DNA of 64,000 nt from Felis catus (lineage: Eukaryota), in NCBI RefSeq assembly GCF_018350175.1, contig NC_058368.1, forward strand, positions 162,566,001-162,630,000. Reading direction: 5' to 3'. Within the stretch, counting starts at the first letter, position 1. Each line of letters begins with the position of its first letter. Position numbers and translations under genes: made by a program. Positions 1 to 10,400 of this stretch are shown here, in pieces. Below the pieces are notes generated by a model that was given only the letters and a program-made list of their open reading frames with translations, was not told where the DNA came from and did no database searches.

Positions 1-156
1 AAATATTTAAAAAAAATTATAGATGTGTTTTATCCTTTAAATAACCTTATTAAACATTTCTAATATTTACTTCATTTCAGCTTCTTTTATCGACATAACA
101 ACTTGTACAAAGAGCATTCCAACTTGGAATGGAAAAACAATAATAACCTTACTTAC

Positions 157-530
157 CTTTGTATAAAAGTATACAAAAATGAGAAGGCCAGACAATGAGA
201 TGGAAAGCAAGAGTACTTGATTCTCTAAAACAGAAAAAAGTAGCTTGACGGTATTAACAAACATACTACTACTTATGATCTGTCTGCCCTACAAACTACA
301 ACTAAAAGCTCTCATAAATTACATCACAAATCAGTTACTGTCTTGATATTTGAGTTTTCAGTCATTTGTTTTGTGTAAACTGTGACTATCATCTTTGTTA
401 CATTACACTGGCATGTGGAATTAAAATATTTTGTGTGCCTCAAGGAAGTGATAAATAGGATTTGTATTTTATTTTTCAGGAATGTTTTACAAAACTATCC
501 TTTTGTAATCCAGTTTTAAAAAGTGCCATG
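157..530 (-). pseudogene. Pseudo-exon remnant: FERM F1 end, F2 and F3 start (KRIT1/FRMD8-like)
   Basis: Reads LKLDYKRIVL*NIPEK*NTNPIYHFLEAH / STCQCNVTKMIV / CLLIPS / ATFFC / ENQVLLLSISLSGLLIFVYFYTK and ends at a consensus donor AAG|gtaagt (exon end 157). Compare KRIT1 QLFLRRDVRLPLEVEKQ..LFDEA, CWEIPTYGAAFF and VYVGVNIKGLHLLNMETK; FRMD8 EAKGNVLAARYPCDV and VSVAISLEGVHVIDSREK. Confidence 0.7.
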
Positions 531-544
531 ACCAGCTTTTTGGG

Positions 545-834
545 TTACTCCTTCACATCTTTCAGGTTCCCATTCAAATGTCAAGTTATCAGAGAAATTT
601 TCCCTGACAACACTATACAACATGCCATTCTGCTTTATTTTTATTCACAGCATTTATCATTACCTGACAGAGATTTACTGATGATTTGTTGACTATCTCA
701 CCTCCTCCACTAGAATCAAGGTCTTAGAAGGCCTTGGGCCTTATTATTTCTGTTTTGTTCCTACAACATATACTGCTTCTAAAATATTTCCTGCAATGTA
801 GTAGGTGCTCAATAAATATTTGCTGAATGAATAA
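545..834 (+). mobile_element. LINE-2 3' end fragment
   Basis: Typical L2 3' terminus gtaggtgctcaataaatatttgctgaatgaataaa, preceded by L2-like ctccactagaat and ttccctgac motifs. Confidence 0.85.
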
Positions 835-884
835 AACCCCAATATTTATAGAGGCGATCTCTTAATTTCATGCACAATGAATTC
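835..884 (-). pseudogene. Pseudo-exon start (FERM F1 middle), cut by the L2
   Basis: Branch-point-like ctaac + tctcttccag| acceptor at 884, then NSLCMKL / SPL*IL (KRIT1: ENLSLQLKPYHKPLQHV). Confidence 0.45.
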
Positions 885-1321
885 CTGGAAGAGATGCAGA
901 GTTAGAATTATATATATACATATATATGTGTGGATAGGTAGGTAGATTCCAATCCCAGAGAGAAAAAAAAATGTGTTTTTTTTTAATTTCTAATTACAAG
1001 ATGTTTTGAGGACACTGTTTCGAAAAATGTACTTCTAACATGTCATATACATACTTCATTTTATTTATTTTATTTTGTCCTGCAAATTTAATAACATTTA
1101 TGTAAGGATAATATTAAAAGTCATTATTTAAAGTAGTTATAGTAATCTCTTCTTTCTCATATGCATTACTCCTCTGAGAATCATCACTTTTAATCCCTTT
1201 GTTTTACATTCTTTTTACTACATATGGGATGAAGGCAGTAACATTCCTGTAAGCACAACAGCAATGCTGTGAAGACAAATAAAGTGACTCTGGTGAAGCA
1301 GAACTGTTAGCCAAAGGCAAT

Positions 1322-1517
1322 ATTTTTAAGTTTATTTATTTATTTTTGAGAGGGTGGGGGGTACAGAGAAAGAGGGAGAGAGAGAATCCCAAACAGGCTT
1401 CAGGCTGTCAGAATATAGCCTGATGCGGGGCTCGATCTCATGAATCCTGAGATCGTGACCAAAACTGAAATCAAGACTCAGACACCTAACCAACTGACTG
1501 AGACACCCAGCCACCTC
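1322..1517 (-). mobile_element. Can-SINE, older diverged copy
   Basis: Reverse complement of the tRNA-like head, CT-rich body and AATAAA/A tail. Confidence 0.9.
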
Positions 1518-1724
1518 ATCTGGAAGACATTTCTATCATACAATTGCTTTTAATCTATTCCATCAACTGACATACAGAAGTCGAAGTCTGGTGTACAAGG
1601 GAAGTTTTGTAGAAACAGTGTATGCAACTGTAAACTGTATAAAATTCCATCTTAAGTGGAGGAATGTAGCTCCCATCAGGATAAAAAAGGTACACTGTGG
1701 CCCAGTCATTCCCAAGCTCTCAGT

Positions 1725-1897
1725 CAGCAGTTTTCAAACTTCGACGTTTATTGAATCGCCTGGAGGTTCCTATTAAAAATTCAGACCCCTCAGGGCCAAC
1801 CAAGATAATCTGAATCAACAGCTTGAAAATAGCTCAAGAAATAGTATCTTTAACAAGCACCTCAGGTGATTCTGGTGTAACCAGTGTGAGAACTACA
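1725..1897. mobile_element. MER5A-type hAT-Charlie MITE
   Basis: cagcagttttcaaact...tttaacaagcacctcaggtgattctg...gagaactac; degenerate 8-bp TSD ctctcagt (1717-1724) / ctctgaga (1898-1905). Confidence 0.8.
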
Positions 1898-2015
1898 CTC
1901 TGAGAAATGTTTGTCTAAATGAAGAAAAGTATCGTGGTATTATATACTCACATGATTATTAACCAATCTCATGTTTTAGAGATATATACTTTTTCTCCAT
2001 GCATTATTTCCCTAC

Positions 2016-2339
2016 CTTTAACTTCTGCTCCAAAATCTGAAATGAGGAGCTTCACTTCCTCAGTTTTGCCCTTCATCTTCCTGAAATGAGGCATATGATT
2101 AATTTTTTGCTGCCATAACTATTTTTGGTGAGTGCAGATAATAAGAATTTGTCTAGCACTGACTTCTAAGCCTCAGGCTATTCAGTATCAACATATAACT
2201 GCCACTTCAAGTACTCTGTCAGAAAAAATTGCTCCATCCCAAGGAAAATACAATAATGGAGGTTTCAGAGGATGTATTTTCTTCAAGGTTGAGAAAGCTA
2301 CAATATTTAAAGTATGGGTAGATATTCTCTTGGCAAAAC
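2016..2339 (-). pseudogene. Pseudo-exon remnant: kinase subdomains IV-VII
   Basis: ttttctag| acceptor at 2339 and AAAG|gtaggg donor at 2016. One frame reads FCQENIYPYFKYCSFLNLEE...LNSLRL...YYLHSPKIV (2117-2140). Shifted frames give LEVSARQI, GSKKLIICLIS and VKLLISDFG (DFG at 2029-2037). Multiple stops. Confidence 0.7.
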
Positions 2340-2417
2340 CTAGAAAAACTACTTCAAGGTCAATGTTAAACAAAGGTTCTACATAGCTAGAAGTTTTGAT
2401 ATAATTAGCTGTAACAT

Positions 2418-2628
2418 GGAGCACCTGGGTGGCTCAGTCGATTGAGCGCCCGGCTCTTGATTTCAGCTCAGGTCATGATCTCAGGGTCTGTGGGACTGAG
2501 CCCCATGTAGGGCTCTGAGCTGATAGCCCAGAGCCTGTTTGGGATCCTCTCCCCCTCTGTCTCTGCCTCTCCCCCATTTGTGCTCGCTCTCTCTCTCAAA
2601 ATAAACATTAATAAAAATGTAAAAAAAA
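2418..2628 (+). mobile_element. Can-SINE, older copy
   Basis: gcacctgggtggctcagtcg head, CT body, aaaataaacatt tail. Confidence 0.9.
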
Positions 2629-3131
2629 TAGCTAGCTCTAACTTCACGTAAGCTACATTTATTATAATTAAAAATAATTTTTCAAGACAGGAAAAGGACC
2701 AAATTAACTTCTCCTCAAGAAACTTCTGTGTACATACTACATCTTTACCATTTATTTTGTATTCAACTTTTTAAAAATATTACTTCATTTAGAGTAGGAC
2801 CTATACAGAAAAAAATTCAAAAATAATTACATACAGAATATTCCTTGAAACTGAATATTAAAATTTGAATTTGATAACATAAAACTAAAATCCTCCAAGA
2901 AACCATTTCTAACAAAGACTAAAAGTAAACTACTACATTTCTTTTGGTTGTGTAATAACTAAATGAGTTGTTTGAGAGATCCCCAATTATTTTTTTTATG
3001 ATATGTTTTATGTGTACAAATATTTTCTGTGTGTGTCTTCAGTTCATAGGGACACTGGACAAATTTTAACAGAAGTAAAAAACAATCCCATTAAGATAAT
3101 GTACAAATGAAATATAAAAGTAAATAAAGCA

Positions 3132-3356
3132 GGGGCGCCTGGGTGGCGCAGTCGGTTAAGCGTCCGACTTCAGCCAGGTCACGATCTCGCGGTCCGTGAG
3201 TTCGAGCCCCGCATCGGGCTCTGGGCTGATGGCTCAGAGCCTGGAGCCTGTTTCTGATTCTGTGTCTCCCTCTCTCTCTGCCCCTCCCCCGTTCATGCTC
3301 TGTCTCTCTCTGTCCCAAAAATAAATAAACGTTGAAAAAAAAATTAAAAAAAAAAA
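3132..3356 (+). mobile_element. Young feline Can-SINE (SINEC_Fc type)
   Basis: ggggcgcctgggtggcgcagtcgg head with CpGs intact; perfect TSD aaaagtaaataaagcag (3116-3132 / 3353-3369). Confidence 0.97.
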
Positions 3357-3384
3357 GTAAATAAAGCAGAGAGTTTATGTGATG

Positions 3385-3860
3385 TTATATTTATTAGAGT
3401 GGAAATTTCAAATACAAAATAAGATGCCCTACTTAAAGTGGCTCAAGGAAAATTTTACTTTTCATTGTGAATTCAGTTATGACAACCATTTTATACCATT
3501 CACACCACCATCAGAGATTATAAGCTTTCTCCTCTTACAGGAAAAGATGTCTGCTATATAGCTGTAAGGTTCTATCTTACTCAGTTATAACCACAGCAGA
3601 AGAGAGAGATACTGTCTTCACAAAAAGTAGCAATAAAAGTAGAGCTTTGGGAGAAGCTGGTCCAAAGTAGGTCAGAAACTTTCTTTGAAACACTCCGCCT
3701 AGATGTGCCGGTTGGCTTAGTTCTAATGGCAGTCACACACTGATGCTGGGTATAAAGTCAACTCTGCCAGGGACACTGGGCTCAGACAGAAAAGGTGGTT
3801 CCTTTAAAACAAAATCAGAATTTCTTTGAGTGACAAAGGGAAACAGTAACTACTAGTTGC
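3385..3860 (-). mobile_element. Diverged MLT1 (ERVL-MaLR) solo LTR, MLT1J/K-like
   Basis: Resembles recalled MLT1J-type motifs (ggtggttcc..aaaatcag; ttaaagtggctcaag); heavily diverged. Confidence 0.45.
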
Positions 3861-4208
3861 TATTTCAAAAACTGCTGTACATTCAATTCCTATACTATTA
3901 GTGATAAAATGACTTCATAGGGTAACTATAGAAGCAAGTGCAGGGTAAGCTTTATTGTCTACATGTAGGGATAACAGAGTAGTTCTCAAGTTCCATTTTG
4001 ATAAGGGTGAGAAATGTCAATTTTGAATGCCTTTAGCATTGTTCTGGTTTAAGTTTGGAACGAGGGTCCAATTTTTACCCAACCATGCACAGCTGCCTAT
4101 TATAATGGAAGCCAAATGTTAAAGGATAGGTGGAAGAAGGTGGGGGGCATGGGGAAAGGGGGGAAGAGAAGAAAGAGAGAGAGAAAGAGACACATCCTCT
4201 ATGCTCAC

Positions 4209-4303
4209 CACTCTCATGGTTTTTTGGTCATGCATTATGTACTTAGTAAGGAGATTATAAGACTGAATGAAATTGTCAAGTAACTCATAGCAGGTCTGCC
4301 ATC
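4209..4303 (-). pseudogene. Pseudo-exon remnant: kinase alphaC / subdomain III-IV region
   Basis: aaatag| ... GTG|gtgagc, 95 nt, open frame WQTCYELLDNFIQSYNLLTKYIMHDQKTMRV, resembling the F..E..LL.K..H..I.R pattern with S in place of the alphaC Glu. Confidence 0.6.
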
Positions 4304-4506
4304 CTATTTTAAAAGTTATTCTCAATTCCCCCATAAGATGTGATTTCTTAAAACACTTTACCACTCTAGAAGGATAATTAGATTTATCTAATTATCATCC
4401 AAAACCACTAAAGTAGACCCTTCCTCATACAGAGATTATCTTACTTTTTATTTTCTTAGTTATTAGTACTTACCTGTTATTTTCTTCTTATATTTCAACA
4501 CTAAAT

Positions 4507-4720
4507 TTTATTTATTTATTAATATTTATTTATTTTTGACATATACAGACATAGTGCGAGCAGCTGAGGGGCAGAGAAAGAGGGAGACACAGAATCTGAA
4601 GCAGGCTCCATGCTCTGAGCTGTCAGCACAAAGCCCAACGTGGAGCTCAAACCCACGAACTGTGAGATCATGACCTGAGCCAAAGACAGAAGCTTAACCA
4701 ACTGAACCACCCAGGTGCCA
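4507..4720 (-). mobile_element. Can-SINE
   Basis: Reverse-complement SINE head, body and tail. Confidence 0.92.
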
Positions 4721-4974
4721 CCAGTTCTAATGTTAATCAACAGTGTATAATTAGAAATCAAAGAATTCAGTTTGGAGAACGTTCTCAGGTTCCAAAACAT
4801 CATACATTGACTCAATAAGCTTAGTCTATTCCTTTACAAAATCAGTTTTGGATTTACACAGCTAAATCAATAGCAAAATGGGGAAAAGTGTAGAAATTAA
4901 GCCGCCATTTTCTAATATGGATATAGAAATATGGTCTGGATATTTACATTTGCTAAGAAAAAAGATGCAAGAAA

Positions 4975-5066
4975 TGCATCTAATAGTTGCATCTAATAGT
5001 TATCTGTATGAATGAATTGCAAAAATCTGCCCAGAAGAGATTGAAAGATCTGCCCAGAAGAGATTA
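4975..5066. repeat. Two short tandem duplications (13-bp tgcatctaatagt x2; ~23-bp unit containing atctgcccagaagagatt x2)
   Basis: Direct reading of the sequence. Confidence 0.85.
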
Positions 5067-6082
5067 AAAAATCACCACAGCATTGCAATGGTGACCAAAC
5101 TGATTCATTTATCCACTTTTTAATAGATCACAGACTGTTAACATATAATAATCATTTTGGTCACCATGGTCATGGATTGATGATTGTAGCTTATTTAAAA
5201 AAAGAAAAAGACTGGAGTTGAAAAATCATCTAGTTTTACCTCTTTTTTATAGATGAGTCTGATAAAGTACATGGCAACTAAATGATGTGTGTCCAAGGTC
5301 ATGGGCTTGAGATTAAAACAAAACTATTCCTAGAATAGAGATAAGAGGCCTTTCTTTTTTTAAATAATTTGTGGTAACATAAAGCCCTATGTCTAAATAA
5401 TTGTGTCTTTTGTTATGTTCTTACCATCTTCAAACTTGGCTCAAAATATAGTAATATGCAAAACTTACAACCCTAATAGGTCACAAACAGAGAGACACAT
5501 GTTTAAAGTAATAATTAACTGGCAGATATTATCCTTCCAGGCTTTTGTTTACTGTGAAAACCCTACCATTTGTTCTGTGCTATTATAATTAAGTGGGGAA
5601 GTAATTACTATGCCAATAGCTTTAATTTTAATATTTGAATATGTCTTAATTTCAGAGTAATTTAAAAATAATAAAAAGTTGTGCCTAATATAATAATGTT
5701 AGGTTGCATAAGAGTGCAAATCTATTATCCTTTTTTTTTTTTCAGTCTGTTTCAAGAGCTACGAACTAATCGGGTCTTATTGGTTGTGTACTTAATTATG
5801 ACATGGTCAGTACTGCAGGAGATTCTGAGTAAGTACAGAAAAAGATAGGGATGGTTTCACAAACCTTTAGGTAGATCAGTTAGGCAAATGATAGAAGCCA
5901 TTTGAAAAGAAGAAAAAAAGACAAAACCACACGCAATAAAAGGCTGCACTAATGTTATTCTAATACACCTACGTAGGCAACTTGAGAGAGATTTTTTACA
6001 AAAAAGACAGTTCTTATAAAGTTTACATTTCCAAATCTCTTACATCCATTCTTCCCTGATTCTTTTCTGCTGTTTTTTAAGT

Positions 6083-7406
6083 CAGTGGTTTTCAAAGTAT
6101 GGTCTATGGTCTCCAATGATCTCTGGTACATTTCCACGGATTATGGAGTTCAAAATAATTTTATTGTTTTCTCTATCATATTGGTATTTGTAACTAATGG
6201 TGTAAAAGCAGTGGTAGGGAAAATGCTGGCTGCTTATGAGCAATGAAGACGGTAGCACCAAAGCACATTGTAAGTCATTTTATTCTTCACTTTCCTGAAT
6301 TCACAGAAAAAAGACAAAGCCAGTTTTACTTAAGAATGTCCTTGATGAAAAATTAAAATTTAATTAAATCTTACCAATAAGTACTTCTTTTTTCAATAGT
6401 CTGCCTAAGAGAAATGGGAAGTACACATGAAACATTTCTGTTGTATACTGCAGTACAATGATGATCTAGAAGAAAACCACTGTGTGAGTTTTGAGATCAC
6501 TTTTCACAGAACATAATGTTTACTTGACAGAATGACAGAAAACTATAGTTATTCAGATCTGGGTATTTGTCAGTCATTTTCTCAAAAATATACAATGTGA
6601 GCATGTGTCTTCAAGTAAACCAACTGAGAATCTATACTGCCATTGATAATATTTGAGCTTTCTTTCAAGTAAAAATTATAATTTTGGAAAACTAAAAGGC
6701 TATTCTGATGAGATCAGAGGTAATAAATATAATTTCCTAAAATATCACATAATAAAATGTATCAATATTTGAAAGTTGAAAATAATGTCATTTGAACCAG
6801 TATTTTCCAAAAAAAACTTCTTGTGTTATAATTCATGGGGAGAAGATCCATTCAAAGCACAAAGACGACCAATGGATTATATAACAACATGTAAATTTAT
6901 TGATATAGTGTTCAATTTCAATTGGAGCTAAAGTTTAATAAGCTACCCCTAAGTTTTAGTGGGGTATTGAAGAAGAATATCCAAAGTTATGTTAGAGAGT
7001 TATTAAAGCATTCCTTCCTTTTCCAACTCTTGTCTGTGTAAGACCAGATTTTTTCCAGATCTATCAACTAAAACAAGATTGTTCTAAATACAGAAACAGA
7101 TATGAAGATCCAGCTATCCTAAGTCAGACACTAAAGAGATTTACAAAATTATAAAATAATGTCACTTTTTGCATTGATTTTTAATTTGGAAAATTTATTT
7201 CATAATGTTTTATGTTTTCATAAAACTATGACATTTCTGTAAATAGCTTTATATTCAATAATTTAATTAAAATTAGTAATTTAAAAATCTGTATTAATTT
7301 CTACTATGGAAAATTTTAAGGGAATAAAAGCAAAAGTTCTTTGCACCAACAATCATTTTCAATAGTGTAATGGGGCTCAAGACCAAACAGCTTTAAAGAA
7401 GAGTTG
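6083..7406 (+). mobile_element. Charlie1a-type hAT DNA transposon (internally deleted, decayed)
   Basis: 5' TIR cagtggttttcaaagtatggtc; transposase remnants (ccagttttacttaagaatgtccttgatgaa, gaaatgggaagtacacat); 3' end ggggctcaagaccaaacag; ~1.3 kb. Confidence 0.85.
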
Positions 7407-7512
7407 CTCTAAGAATCTACTTTCCTCCTACACGAATTGGTTCGTGCTAACAACCTCCTCAAGGGGTCTCCCTAATTCTAACCCAGTCAAACAGGGTTCA
7501 GACTGGCATTTC

Positions 7513-7724
7513 TTTAAAAAAAATTAATGTTTATTTATTTTTGAGAGACAGAGAGACAGAGCGTGAGCAAGGGAGTGGCAGAGAAGGAGACACAGAATCT
7601 GAAGGGGGCCCCAGGCTCTGAGCTGTTAGCACACAGCCCGATGTGGGGCTCGAACCCACAAACTGTGAGATCATGACCTGAGCTGAAGTTGGACACTTAA
7701 CCAACTGAGCCACCCAGGAGCCCC
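7513..7724 (-). mobile_element. Can-SINE
   Basis: Reverse-complement SINE; degenerate TSD actggcatttct / attgacatttct. Confidence 0.93.
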
Positions 7725-8273
7725 TCACATTGACATTTCTAATGCACACATCTGATACAATACTCACCAGTAAGCAACCTTTCAATAATGGCTCTCTATT
7801 CTTATAGTGAAAAACTCCAACTCTATGACAAGGTATAAAAGGCCATCTTGATCTAGTGCCAAACTACCTCTAAAATTCACTTCCTCTCATGCTACACAGA
7901 AGGGTATGCCAAATACTTGTATACCTCTCCCTCTTGCCCTTGTGGCCGTTTACTTGAAATAGCCCACACCTCTCACCATAGGCATTCGTCTTCTCCACTT
8001 TGGGATTTTGGGCAGTATCATATCCAGGAAGTCTTTCTTCCTGTTCTTGAAGCTTAGGGAGAAAATAGACCCTTCTTTCTTCTGAGCCTTTTTTGCTTCC
8101 TATATATGCATTTCTATCATGTTCCTAACCCTGTGCCTAATGCACATGAACGCACAGATAACTGGGTTCCCCTTAATTGGGAGGAAGAAAAACTTTGCCA
8201 TCAATGTTGCCATAATTGGATTGTGCTTTTCAGTTGCTATTATTCATGGGTAGCTCAATACATATATACTTAT

Positions 8274-8403
8274 TTAGATATTGCCTTTAAGCCACAAATT
8301 TGCCCTGTTTTTGCCATACTCTGTAAACCACAGTTCTGCTTTGTCGCTGGCTCCCTATTATACTTTGTCTGATGTTCAGGCTATCTTTAAAGGTAAATAT
8401 TTC
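8274..8403 (-). pseudogene. Pseudo-exon remnant: kinase subdomains I-II
   Basis: EIFTFKDSLNIRQSIIGSQRQSRTVVYRVWQKQGKFVA*RQYL, ending at a probable mutated donor A|ataagt (phase 1, matching the phase-1 start of the 4303 exon). The 5' boundary is not defined. Confidence 0.6.
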
Positions 8404-9629
8404 TCAGGCTTTTCTATGCCTTTGGTCAAATTCCAGTGTGCTGAAATAATGATTCCTGTCCACTTGGTATAGGCTGATAGCTGCTTTTACAGAGAGTATT
8501 TACTGAGAGAATATTCATCACTTGGTCATAGCCAGAACTCCTACCCTCTGATACTTATTTTAAAATGATATATCACTTGCTACCTTTTTTAACATTCAAG
8601 AAATACTCAAGTGTGCTTAGTCATTGCTATATTAATTACATCACTATATATAATCATTAAATGGTGCTTTATTGTTTTTAGAGCAGTCCTAGCATGGCAC
8701 GTTTGGGTATTCTCTGAGAACCTTGAATTGTGAGGTAGCCAACTGGCATGTCTTCTCTACAGAGCATTGTAAAAAGTGTCCTATCCCGCCAAGTGCCATT
8801 AAGGTGTATTAGATTATTATTTGAGTGTGTCTGTACATTACGTCAGAGATAAACTGAAGGGAGTTCAGAATAACAATAAAACTAATAAGGAGACTACAGG
8901 AGTTTGAAAGGAAATTTGGCTGAAATATATTTAAGGAATGAGTGGAGGTAGTCATGATTTCTTTCAACAAGTAGAGGTTTTAGAAATTAAAATACCTATT
9001 TCTCTTGTGATGTTATGTGAAAAATACAATCTGACAGCCCAAGCTATATTATGGTATATCTGGCATCAATCCACCCTTGAAATACTGAAACCCACATATT
9101 ACATACTCACAGATCTTTGACACATGATGCTTTAAGGAGAATACAAATTGTACTACTATTAATAAATCTATTGAGAACGAGGGGAAAGTTTTAGATCCAG
9201 ACTTTCCAATGGAATGACCAAAGACTGCTCCAGGAAAATGGCATATAAGGTCATGCTAGGACTCAAAGAATACCATAGAAAGTCCCTCAAAGTTGGGAAG
9301 AAGGAGGTGGGCTGCCTGAAGATTGCTGGACTTAAGTAAAGACTTGGCATCACTGAATTCCTTCGCTTTTCATATTTCTCCCATTTGAGCCAGACAGAGC
9401 ATTTGCATGACATCCAACCTGAAAGAGCTAACAGGTACAGAAAGAAAGCCCCCAGGAAAACCTGTTCCCACAAGCCAAAAAAGAAACAAAACCAAATAAC
9501 CTTTTTGTCAATGCCCACCCTACTCCAGCCAAATACCAACAGTCCCTGTCTCTGACAACAGAAAATCTTCAAGATCTAGGACCAGGCAAAAAAGCACAGT
9601 CCATTAATGGGAAAGAAATGATACAGTGG

Positions 9630-9915
9630 ACTTACAAAAGTTAAAACTTTAGCTTGATGAAGAACTCTCTGAAGAAGATGAAAAGACAAGCTACAAACTG
9701 GTAGCAAAAGTTTATAAACCACATATCCTACAAAGAACTAGCATCTGGGATATATAAAGAACTCTCAAAACTCACATTTAAAAAACAATCAATTCAATTA
9801 GAAAATGAGCAAAAGATGTGAACAGATGTTTCACCAAAGAGGATATACAGATGAGTAATAAGCACATGAAAAGGTGTTCCACATCACTAGGCATTAGGGA
9901 AATGCAAATTAAAAC
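9630..9915 (+). mobile_element. Old L1M ORF2 3' fragment
   Basis: aaaagacaagctacaaactgg...gaggatatacagatg...gcacatgaaaagg...gggaaatgcaaattaaaac (C-terminal ORF2 motifs). Confidence 0.85.
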
Positions 9916-9927
9916 TTCTTGTTATCA

Positions 9928-10400
9928 TGTGTTCAAATCTTTTGCCCAATTTTGACTTGGTGTTCTGTTTATTATTGCATTGTGAGAGCTTCTGGAGAGA
10001 TTATGTTCAGTGTTCTATTCTGAAAACACGTCCTTGACTAGGTATGTGTTTCGCAACTATTTTCTTTCACTTGCCTTTACTTGTTTTACAGTGTCTTTTA
10101 AAGAACAGAAGTTTTTAATTTTGCTATAGCTCAGTTTATGAAGATTTTCTTTATGAATTGTGCTTTTGGAGTTGTATTTGAGGAATCTTGATAATTCAAT
10201 GTCACAAGATTTGTTTCCATATTTTGTTACAGGTTTTTATAGGTTTAAGCTCTATAGTAAGTGTTTCTTATATGATGTGAATGAGTCAGACATTTCTTGT
10301 TTGTTTCAGCATGCGTGGAAGAATAAGTTAGAGAGGTTTTATTTTCAAACATTGAATTCTCTTCCCCAAACAAAACCATTTCTCTTTGAATCTTGATAAA
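9928..10400 (-). mobile_element. Old L1M ORF2 fragment
   Basis: ttcaaatcttttgccca, cagaagtttttaattttg, tgtgcttttggagttgtat (antisense ORF2). Confidence 0.8.

Larger units (their letters stand above)
1290..1914 (-). pseudogene. Pseudo-exon remnant: start of FERM F1, interrupted by MER5A and a Can-SINE
   Basis: Acceptor ttttcttcatttag| at 1914. Removing MER5A plus one TSD copy gives an in-frame DKHFSELGNDWATVYLFYPDGSYIP...LVHQTSTSVCQLME*, then RYCLWL across the SINE site. KRIT1: [38 protein letters not shown]. The 3' boundary is uncertain. Confidence 0.7.

Noticed and set aside
67..264. ORF with hydrophobic stretch LLLSISLSGLLIFVYFY suggesting a transmembrane protein exon (157-224)
   Set aside because: Better explained as FERM F3 beta-strands; the apparent acceptor at 224 overlaps the upstream ATFF-coding remnant.
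3091..3318. Recurrent ORFs MGQRETEHERGRGRERGRHRI.. (also at 11153, 54270, 57242 and others) resembling a gene family
   Set aside because: Antisense translations of near-identical Can-SINEs.
8780..8850. E2F-like (ttggcggga) and CRE-like (tgacgtaa) motifs on the - strand
   Set aside because: Short isolated motifs without a CpG island; expected by chance.
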